Shown here one piece after another: positions 1-7,317 of a DNA stretch of 11,699 nucleotides. The notes beneath the pieces were generated by a model, which saw nothing but the letters and a program-made list of their open reading frames with translations, had not been told where the DNA came from and made no database searches. Position numbers and translations under genes: made by a program. The stretch comes from Candidatus Thorarchaeota archaeon (GTDB taxonomy: Archaea > Asgardarchaeota > Thorarchaeia > Thorarchaeales > Thorarchaeaceae), in the NCBI GenBank assembly GCA_019057475.1, contig DXJO01000015.1:1-11699 (forward strand), written 5' to 3'. Position 1 is the first letter of the stretch. The number at the start of each line of letters is the position of its first letter.

Positions 1-340
1 CACTACAGAAGAACACCCAGAAGACTCTGGTGTCGACCAAGGCAATCGCTCTTGTCTACTTCAGGAGATAGACCTAGATGGCTGGAAACAACGGCAAGAC
101 CGTTGGAACTCTCTCTAGTGCTCCTGATTCCTGCTCCGCTGATACCAAACGGAGCAATTATCTCTCCATTACCGAAGTGCTCGCGCTGGAAGCAACGTGA
201 GCATTCTTTCTCTTTTTTCATCATTCTCTGTTTTCGCATTAGTTAGAGTGTACGCGCGCTTTTTGACTCCATTTAGGGCCATTACGGATACTAATATATA
301 TGAATATGTTATAATAGTAGTGTGCGGGCGAATTATCCAC

Positions 341-356
341 CGTGAATTTAAGTAAA
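341..356 (+). promoter_or_regulatory. Putative BRE/TATA promoter of the histidine kinase gene
   Basis: CGTGAA-TTTAAGTAAA about 60 nt upstream of the TTG at 412. An AT-rich tract lies at 291-316 and an SD-like GGTGA at 401-405. Confidence 0.4.
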
Positions 357-411
357 GTAGTGAACCAACTCAAGACCAGCCAACAGCTCGGAAGTAGAAA
401 GGTGACAGTCG

Positions 412-1833
412 TTGAAAAGAGAAAGATTGGAGAAGCAGGCGAGAATAATCGTGCCAGCACTCAATCTTCTCGCAGCTGCTATTATCGCTTTGATCGTTGC
501 ATTGACCTATCCAGCTTCTGACTCGGTCAACTACGTGATTGTATCCAAGGACATCATTCAAGTTGGCATTTCATTTCTGATTATCATTGTTGCACACAGG
601 TTGGCTAAAGACAGGGATTCCTACTTGATGGCTCATTTTGGATTCTCGATTATATTCCTCGCTTCGGTCGATGACTTGTTGAGAGAGCTCTTCCTATCTG
701 GATCAGCGCTTTGGGGCTATCGAATGCAAGATATGATGTGGGTAGGCCTGGCATTTGTGGCACTCGCCATCTTCAAGCGAACAAAGACCTTGACAGAAAG
801 CGAAGGCAAGTATACAGCCTTGAGCTCGCAGTACCTGGACCTGCTTGACGTACTTCCGGAAGGTGTAGCCATAGGTTCGCTTGATGAAACAATCACTTTT
901 GCAAATGAAAAATTCGCCAAGATTCTTGGGCTTGAAGAAAGGGATGTGATTGGGAAGAGATTCATCGACTTCGTGGAACCAGCCGAGGTAGAACGAATCC
1001 TTGGGCAATCTGAAACCAGAAAACAAGGAATGCCTTCAGTCTATTCGGTTCGCATGTTCAGCAAGAGCGGCGAACGAAGGATAGTCAGAGTTTCAGCCGT
1101 TCCAATGATGGACGGGCAGGGCAATGTGGAAGGCGTTATCTCGGTTATTACGGACATCACTGAGCGCGTTAAGAGCGAAGAGGAGAAGGCGCTGCAGGAG
1201 AGAGAGAAAGAACTCTATGCGTCGTTACTCCAGCATGATCTTGGCAACGACCTACAAGTTATTCTCGGATACATTGACGGAGTAAGAATGCTAGCACATG
1301 ACATGCCTGATTCAGCGAAGAATATGCTTGAAGCAGCGCAGGCTGCAAGTGTCAGAATGGCTAATCTCCTCAAGGCTCTTGGTGCAACAGCACAGCCGTC
1401 TGACGAAGGGATTGGTCCCTTCCTTGAGAGAATCGCATCAGACTGCGAGAAGGCAAACAGGGGACTCTCGATTGAGATCAATGCAGACAAAGGAACAAAG
1501 AACCTCAAGCCTACTGGAAGCTCTCTTCTGCCAATGGCATTCGAGAACATCTTCCGGAATGCGGCTATGCATGCGGGACACAACCCAGTCGTCAATGTGA
1601 GAATCAGTCGTCACGACGGAAGCTTGTCGATACTAATCTCTGACAATGGTCCCGGCATTCCAGACGATATAAGGCCGAAGCTCTTCCATCGTGGCGATTC
1701 CAAAGGACGAGGAGGGCTGGGGCTTTACCTCACGAGGCAGATACTCAGCGCATGCGGAGGCTCCATTCAACTCAGAGACATTGACGGCCTAGAAGGCGCA
1801 ACTTTCGAGGTCAATCTTCCTTTGGAGCTGTGA
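412..1833 (+). CDS. Membrane-bound PAS-domain sensor histidine kinase (TM-PAS-HisKA-HATPase)
   Basis: 473 aa, TTG start. About 4 hydrophobic N-terminal segments; PAS/PAC region (LLDVLPEGVAI...FANEKFAKILG...VISVITDITER); H-box LLQHDLGNDLQ (His275); N-box ENIFRNAAMHA; G1 ISDNGPGI; G2 GGLGLYL. Confidence 0.93.
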   Translation: MKRERLEKQARIIVPALNLLAAAIIALIVALTYPASDSVNYVIVSKDIIQVGISFLIIIVAHRLAKDRDSYLMAHFGFSIIFLASVDDLLRELFLSGSALWGYRMQDMMWVGLAFVALAIFKRTKTLTESEGKYTALSSQYLDLLDVLPEGVAIGSLDETITFANEKFAKILGLEERDVIGKRFIDFVEPAEVERILGQSETRKQGMPSVYSVRMFSKSGERRIVRVSAVPMMDGQGNVEGVISVITDITERVKSEEEKALQEREKELYASLLQHDLGNDLQVILGYIDGVRMLAHDMPDSAKNMLEAAQAASVRMANLLKALGATAQPSDEGIGPFLERIASDCEKANRGLSIEINADKGTKNLKPTGSSLLPMAFENIFRNAAMHAGHNPVVNVRISRHDGSLSILISDNGPGIPDDIRPKLFHRGDSKGRGGLGLYLTRQILSACGGSIQLRDIDGLEGATFEVNLPLEL

Positions 1834-1847
1834 GTTCATTCCTGCAC

Positions 1848-2396
1848 TCAAGAGGTTCCGTCAACTGCTTGTTTACCAGCTTGTCTAGCTTTCGCCAATA
1901 CACTCGCGTGTTTGCGTACTGCGCCAAGCTTGTATGCACCAAGAGCAAGTACAGTTGCAACAATATTCATGCCCAAGTAGTCAGCGATGTCGTTGAACAT
2001 CCCTACAATGTGTTGAGCTGTTTTCTTGTTGCCGCTGCCCAGTGAAATGGCTAGGATGATAGTTCGCCCCTTGAAGATAGCCTGATTGGCACCATACCAT
2101 CTATCAATGAAGGCTTTAAGCTGGGCGGAAGGACCCCACCAGTATACAGGTGTGCCTAGGACCCATATTCGACAACTCTCCATTTGTTTCAGGAGCTCCG
2201 ACATGTCATCTTCCTGAACGCACTCGCCCCCATCCTTGCAAGCATCACAGGCTTGACAGGGCAAGATGTTCAACTCATTCAGAATTATCTTTTCTGTATC
2301 TGCACCAGCTTCTGCTGCACCAGCAAGTATCTCATCAACTAGAATCTCGGTGTTTCCTCCGCGCCGCGGACTGCCAACGATTCCTAGTACGCGCAT
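1848..2396 (-). CDS. Iron-sulfur flavoprotein (Isf) / NADPH-dependent FMN reductase flavodoxin-like protein
   Basis: Start moved to the ATG at 2396 (MRVLGIVGSPRRGGNT, FMN phosphate loop), with GGAGGG about 10 nt upstream. Cys motif CQACDACKDGGEC (Cx2Cx2Cx5C); GTPVYW; LKAFIDR. 182 aa. Confidence 0.9.
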   Translation of the reverse strand: MRVLGIVGSPRRGGNTEILVDEILAGAAEAGADTEKIILNELNILPCQACDACKDGGECVQEDDMSELLKQMESCRIWVLGTPVYWWGPSAQLKAFIDRWYGANQAIFKGRTIILAISLGSGNKKTAQHIVGMFNDIADYLGMNIVATVLALGAYKLGAVRKHASVLAKARQAGKQAVDGTS

Positions 2397-2442
2397 GTGA
2401 TTTGTTCCCTCCATAGGAGCTAACCCCTCCATCGCTGAATTC

Positions 2443-3909
2443 TCAGACCAAGCCCACTTTCTCATTGAACTCGGTTATGAGCTTGTCAACCTTTGGAGTA
2501 GTCTGTTGGATTGCTGACCAGTACTCATCGTACTCATACCACTGCCGGTTCAGCTCGTCCAGGTCAAACATCTGTTGTTCTATCCATGTGAAATACTTGA
2601 GGTGATGTATTCTCTTTCGCTCGTAGTGACCAAGCTCAAGCATGGCATCCATCTTCTGCCCCATCAGGTTCTTGTGATAGTCCCTAACAGCGTTTTTCTC
2701 AGTGTACTGACCGTGTGCAGTTGTGGCTTCTTTCAGTCGTGAGCCGTACATCTCCATCGAGTCTGTGAATATAGTAAGGATAACATCCTTGCTCGTCAGT
2801 TCGTAGTACTTTGCGAACTTGATTGCCATGAGAGTATTGGCGATGCTTGAGATTCCTAACAGGTCCAGCTGAGATACAAATTCTTCGGGAGCACCGATAT
2901 CATTCACCAGATACTTGCGTCCGGCGGGCTCGTTGAATAGACGCATTAGATTCATGCTGTCGTTGTCATCGATTGCAATCACCATGTCAGTGTTGCGAAC
3001 ATTGTGAATCCAAGGCACATGCTTGTCACCAATCCCTTCGATACGATGTGCTCCATATCCATTGAGTAGCAGTGTTGGACACTGAAGAGCCTCACCCGCG
3101 ACAATCTTGGAAGTTGGGTATTGCTGTTTCATGAAGTCGCCGCATGCAATGGTTCCGGCTGAACCAGTTGTCAGGCAGACTCCACTGTACTTGCTACTAC
3201 CAAGCTCCTTGTCAAGCACTTCCTTCATTGCGTGACCTGTGACATCGTAATGGAAAAGATAGTTTCCAAACTCGCTGAACTGGTTGAAGACAAAGACATC
3301 CTCTCTGGTCCGTCGCAGCTCCCAGACTTTGTCATAGATCTCCTTAACGTTGCTCTCGCTTCCCGGTGTGGCGATGATCTCTCCAGCCACGGTCTTCAGC
3401 CATTCGAATCGCTCTTTGGACATCTCCTCAGGAAGGATTGCAATGCTCTCACAGGCCAGTAACGCAGCATCGTAGGCGCCACCTCTGCAGTAGTTGCCCG
3501 TGCTTGGCCATACAGCCTTATGCTTGGTGGGATCAAACTGTCCGGTTACAAGAGGTGGAACGAGGCATCCGAATGTCGCACCTACCTTGTGTGAGCCTGT
3601 TGGGAACCACTTTCCTACGAGTGCAATGATGCGCGCTTCAACGCCCGTAAGCTCAGGTGGTAATTCCATGTAGTTAGCAATGGGTCGGTACTGGCCACCG
3701 CTTTCAACGGGTTCGTTTTTCCATGTAATCCGGAACAGGTTTCTTGAAACCACATCCCAGAGCTTGATGTCTTTCAGTTCATCCTTAATCTTCTGAGGAA
3801 CGGTTGTCGGGTCCTTCATTTGAGCGAAAGTTGGAACCACAATGTCACGCTCTCTACATCGCTCAACTGTCCTCTTCAGCTGGTCTTCATGTTTTGTTAA
3901 GTCGATCAT
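2443..3909 (-). CDS. Fold-type II PLP-dependent enzyme (cysteine synthase/TrpB-like superfamily), substrate unknown
   Basis: 488 aa. PTGSHKVG (PLP Lys108), PSTGNY substrate loop, TTGSAGT phosphate loop and HRIEGIG (compare CysK HKIQGIG). GAGG upstream of the ATG. Confidence 0.88.
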   Translation of the reverse strand: MIDLTKHEDQLKRTVERCRERDIVVPTFAQMKDPTTVPQKIKDELKDIKLWDVVSRNLFRITWKNEPVESGGQYRPIANYMELPPELTGVEARIIALVGKWFPTGSHKVGATFGCLVPPLVTGQFDPTKHKAVWPSTGNYCRGGAYDAALLACESIAILPEEMSKERFEWLKTVAGEIIATPGSESNVKEIYDKVWELRRTREDVFVFNQFSEFGNYLFHYDVTGHAMKEVLDKELGSSKYSGVCLTTGSAGTIACGDFMKQQYPTSKIVAGEALQCPTLLLNGYGAHRIEGIGDKHVPWIHNVRNTDMVIAIDDNDSMNLMRLFNEPAGRKYLVNDIGAPEEFVSQLDLLGISSIANTLMAIKFAKYYELTSKDVILTIFTDSMEMYGSRLKEATTAHGQYTEKNAVRDYHKNLMGQKMDAMLELGHYERKRIHHLKYFTWIEQQMFDLDELNRQWYEYDEYWSAIQQTTPKVDKLITEFNEKVGLV

Positions 3910-3955
3910 TGCGGGTTGCCTCGTAATGGAAATGCAGTGCCATCAGCAGCGCATT

Positions 3956-3973
3956 CCAAGAAAAAGGCTTTCG
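3956..3973 (-). promoter_or_regulatory. Putative BRE/TATA-like promoter of the PLP enzyme-Isf unit
   Basis: Minus strand reads CGAAAG-CCTTTTTCTTGG, about 50 nt upstream of the ATG at 3909. Same layout as the elements at 7263-7279 and 11296-11313. Confidence 0.45.
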
Positions 3974-4152
3974 TAGGTACGATATAATGAGGAAGAAAGG
4001 ACAAAGCTGCAATGCCAAACAGTCACATTAAAAACAGAGAGCTGCGAAGGTCAGCAATAGTCCCACTCGATGCTCAGACCTCTCGACTTGTGTGATTGCG
4101 CTCGACTTGGTTACAATGTGCTGAGGAGGTCGGGAAGATAGGCTGTGATCAT

Positions 4153-6873
4153 ATGACCAAAGAGAAATCCGTATTCAAATTCGCCAAAGGCAAGGCAGAT
4201 GGCAGAGCAGATATGAAAAACAAGCTGGGTGGAAAGGGGGCTTCATTAGCCGCCGCTACACTCCTTGGACTGCCAGTGCCCCCAGGGTTTACGATTGCTA
4301 CCGACGTCTGTAATCTATTCTTAGAGAAAGGAAAGATTCCAGAGGAAGTCAAGAAGCAGGCAACAAAAGCTCTTCGCACGATTGAGGACGCAATGGGCAT
4401 GAAGTTTGGTGACCCAAAGAATCCGCTCCTCGTTTCCTCTCGTTCCGGTGCAAGGCAGTCAATGCCGGGCATGATGGAGACCGTACTAAACATTGGCCTC
4501 ACAACTAAAACGATTCCTGGCCTCATTGAAAAAACCCAGAACGAACGGTTCGTTTATGACACTTATCGGCGCCTGATTATGATGTACAGCGATGTTGTCA
4601 TGGAGAAAGCTGAAGATATCGAGCCTGGAGAAGGGCATGGAATCAGGCATCAGTTGGAGTACATCCTTGATGAGATGAAGAGGGATGTCGGCTGCACTAC
4701 TGATACCTGCTTGAAGGTCGAAGACCTGAAGGAGCTCTGTACATTGTTCAAGCACAGAGTAAAGGAAGTACTCGGAAAGGAGTTCCCTGACGATCCGTGG
4801 GAACAGCTCTGGGGAAGCGTGAGTGGTGTGTTCAAGAGTTGGAATGGCAATCGCGCTATTGCATATCGCAGAATCGAAGGCATTCCTGATCACTGGGGAA
4901 CTGCAGTCACGGTGCAAGCAATGGTGTTCGGAAACATGGGTGAAGATTCATCCACGGGTGTCGCATTCACACGCAACCCAGCTACAGGTGAGAATGTCTT
5001 CTATGGTGAGTGCCTATTTAATGCTCAAGGCGAAGATGTTGTCGCTGGAATCAGGACTCCTAACCCGATGAATGAAGAGTCCAAGAATAGTCAGAATGAA
5101 AATCTACCCACGATCGAAGAGAGGATGCCGGAGCTCTACAAGCAGCTCTGTGATATCCGTGACGTTCTTGAGAATGACGCAAAAGATATGCTTGATATTG
5201 AATTCACTATTCAAACGGGCAAGCTATATCTCGTGCAGCATCGTGTTGGCAAGAGAACTGGTACAGCGGCACTTAACATTGCGACAGACTTTCTGAACGC
5301 GGGTGCAATCAACGAGCCAACCGCGGTCATGCGAATGGATCCAGAAAAGCTTGGGCAGTTGCTCTATCCGATTCTTGATCCTGATGCCGAGAAGGAAGCG
5401 AAGGTTTTAGGAAAGGGACTACCGGCGGGTCCTGGAGGAGCCTCTGGTCAAATTGTTTTCTCCTCAGAAGAGGCGATTGCTTGGGCGAAGAGGGGCAAGA
5501 AAGTCATTCTGGTACGAGAGGAAACAAGCCCCGAGGATATCGCAGGCATGCGCGCGGCAGAGGCCATCCTCACTGGTCGCGGGGGCATGACCAGCCACGC
5601 GGCACTCGTGACTCGAGGCTGGGGCAAGTGCTGCATAGTTGGTGCGTCCACGCTGAAGATAGATTCCTTGAATAAGAAAATGATTGCTGAAGGAAAAACC
5701 TACGAAGAGGGTGATATCCTAACACTCAACGGCACCAAAGGTTTGGTGTACGAGGGCGAACTCCCGAAGATTGACTCCACGCATAATCCGCGATTGCAGG
5801 CGTTCATGAAGATGGTTGACAAGTACCGGAAGATGGGAGTGCGTGCCAATGCGGATACTCCGGAGGACGCTAGAGTGGCATTGGATTTCGGCGCTGAGGG
5901 CATCGGTTTGTTGCGCACCGAACATATGTTTTACGGAGAGGGTTCAGACGAACCTCTGTTCCTACTACGTAAGATGATTGTAAGCGACACTGAAACCGAG
6001 CGAAGAAAGGCACTGGCGGAGCTTGAACCCTACATCAAGAACGACATCAAGGGAACACTTGAGGTGATGGACGGACGTCCAGTCACAATCCGACTATTGG
6101 ATCCTCCATTGCACGAATTCGTGCCACAAAGCAGGTTCGGTCAAGAAAAGCTTGCACATTCACTGGGCGTAGATGTGGATGAAATTCGGAGGAGAGGAGA
6201 AGCACTGCACGAGAACAACCCGATGATGGGGCATCGCGGAGTGCGTCTAGGAATCACGTACTCGGAAATCTACGAGATGCAGGTCCGAGCCATACTGGAA
6301 GCAGGAGCTGAACTCATCAAGGAAGGCAAGAAAGTAAACCTCGAAATTATGATTCCAGTGACCGCCGGAGCAGCTGAACTCAGGGCGATGAAGATAACTG
6401 TGGAGAAAGTCTACGATGCTGTTAAGGAAGAACAGGGAATAGACATCCCGTTCCTCTATGGCACAATGATTGAGATTCCACGGGCATGCATGCGTGCGGG
6501 CGACATGGCAAAGACCGCGGAATTTTTCTCCTTTGGTACAAATGATCTGACGCAGATGGGTTTCGGATTCAGCCGCGACGACATTGATACATTTCTACCG
6601 TACTACCTTGACATGCACATCTTGAGGAACGACCCATTTCAGAGCATTGACAAGAGAGGCATCGGGCAGCTCATAGAGATTGCAATCGAGCGTGGCAGAG
6701 CTCAACGCCCTGATATCAAGATTGGAATCTGCGGTGAGCATGGAGGCGACCCACGGTCAGTGGAATTCTTCTACGAGATTGGACTAGATTATGTATCATG
6801 TTCCCCATATCGTTTGCCTCTGGCCAGATTGGCAGCTGCTCAAGCCGCGATCAAGCAGAGCAAGAAGAAATAG
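4153..6873 (+). CDS. ppdK: Pyruvate, phosphate dikinase
   Basis: 906 aa from the ATG at 4153 (MTKEKSVFKF). Motifs GGKGASL, PVPPGFTI, RSGARQSMPGMM, NAQGEDVVAGIRTP, phospho-His motif GGMTSHAA, GIGLLRTEHMF, FSFGTNDLTQ, GICGEHGGDP. Confidence 0.98.
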   Translation: MTKEKSVFKFAKGKADGRADMKNKLGGKGASLAAATLLGLPVPPGFTIATDVCNLFLEKGKIPEEVKKQATKALRTIEDAMGMKFGDPKNPLLVSSRSGARQSMPGMMETVLNIGLTTKTIPGLIEKTQNERFVYDTYRRLIMMYSDVVMEKAEDIEPGEGHGIRHQLEYILDEMKRDVGCTTDTCLKVEDLKELCTLFKHRVKEVLGKEFPDDPWEQLWGSVSGVFKSWNGNRAIAYRRIEGIPDHWGTAVTVQAMVFGNMGEDSSTGVAFTRNPATGENVFYGECLFNAQGEDVVAGIRTPNPMNEESKNSQNENLPTIEERMPELYKQLCDIRDVLENDAKDMLDIEFTIQTGKLYLVQHRVGKRTGTAALNIATDFLNAGAINEPTAVMRMDPEKLGQLLYPILDPDAEKEAKVLGKGLPAGPGGASGQIVFSSEEAIAWAKRGKKVILVREETSPEDIAGMRAAEAILTGRGGMTSHAALVTRGWGKCCIVGASTLKIDSLNKKMIAEGKTYEEGDILTLNGTKGLVYEGELPKIDSTHNPRLQAFMKMVDKYRKMGVRANADTPEDARVALDFGAEGIGLLRTEHMFYGEGSDEPLFLLRKMIVSDTETERRKALAELEPYIKNDIKGTLEVMDGRPVTIRLLDPPLHEFVPQSRFGQEKLAHSLGVDVDEIRRRGEALHENNPMMGHRGVRLGITYSEIYEMQVRAILEAGAELIKEGKKVNLEIMIPVTAGAAELRAMKITVEKVYDAVKEEQGIDIPFLYGTMIEIPRACMRAGDMAKTAEFFSFGTNDLTQMGFGFSRDDIDTFLPYYLDMHILRNDPFQSIDKRGIGQLIEIAIERGRAQRPDIKIGICGEHGGDPRSVEFFYEIGLDYVSCSPYRLPLARLAAAQAAIKQSKKK

Positions 6874-6877
6874 ACTG

Positions 6878-6930
6878 GAGTTAAGGCGCAGGTTCCCTAT
6901 GATGCGAGCTTGAGCCTTCTACTCTTTTTT
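6878..6930 (+). terminator. Hairpin plus U-tract downstream of ppdK
   Basis: GAGT-T-AAGGCGCAGGTT...AGCTTGAGCCTT-CT-ACTC can form an imperfect stem (two G-U pairs, one mismatch). TTTTTT follows immediately at 6925-6930. The element lies between convergent genes. Confidence 0.6.
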
Positions 6931-6945
6931 GTGCTAGAACAGCTG

Positions 6946-7143
6946 TTAGCTTTTGCTTGTGAGTTTTCTCAGATCCGGATAGAATAGTACCAGTGCGATA
7001 ATCGACACAATAGCGATGAATAATAGCCCAGAGTACAATTTTGTGTTCCATGTGCCCGTGATGGACCAAATCGCGATTAATCCTACTGCAATAAGCGGTC
7101 CCACGAAGATGAGGAATGCCGCGTCTTTCTGCCATTTTCTCAA
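6946..7143 (-). CDS. Small hypothetical membrane protein with two TM helices
   Basis: 65 aa, TTG start with GAGGGG about 8 nt upstream. Two hydrophobic stretches flanked by basic termini (MRKWQK..., ...RKLTSKS). Fills an otherwise empty gap. Confidence 0.7.
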   Translation of the reverse strand: MRKWQKDAAFLIFVGPLIAVGLIAIWSITGTWNTKLYSGLLFIAIVSIIALVLFYPDLRKLTSKS

Positions 7144-7262
7144 GATGTTTCCCCCTCGGACTTACGATATTCTGAAATTATTCCACTGAGTACGACAATA
7201 CCCTTGGAGAGTTATCAGTGTTTGGCATTAACAAGCATGTCATTGGGAAAGTAATTACACGA

Positions 7263-7284
7263 CGCTAACCTTTTATTGGCCAAT
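7263..7284 (+). promoter_or_regulatory. Putative BRE/TATA promoter of tdh with an overlapping 10-bp palindrome
   Basis: CGCTAA-CCTTTTATTGG about 45 nt upstream of the ATG at 7318. Palindrome ATTGGCCAAT at 7275-7284. SD-like GAGGT at 7307-7311. Confidence 0.5.
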
Positions 7285-7317
7285 CTCGGCGTTCCGCCAT
7301 CCAGACGAGGTCTGACG

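Noticed and set aside
1-246. Candidate ORFs at the left edge: 3..239 (-), the open + frames ending at 71, 118 and 246, and a 40-aa + ORF at 78..200 with AGGAG upstream and a T-rich tract after it
   Set aside because: No recognisable motif in any frame, and the frames conflict. Upstream sequence is needed. The pyrimidine tract at 204-235 hints at the end of a + strand transcript, but this is not enough to call.
1831-1850. TGAGT...ACTCA inverted repeat between the convergent kinase and Isf genes
   Set aside because: Three of the five bases in each arm are simply the two TGA stop codons.
4096-4152. N-terminal extensions in the ORF track for ppdK, and likewise Isf (2465), tdh (7276) and the lysine dehydrogenase (11282)
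   Set aside because: Family similarity and SD position point to the downstream starts.
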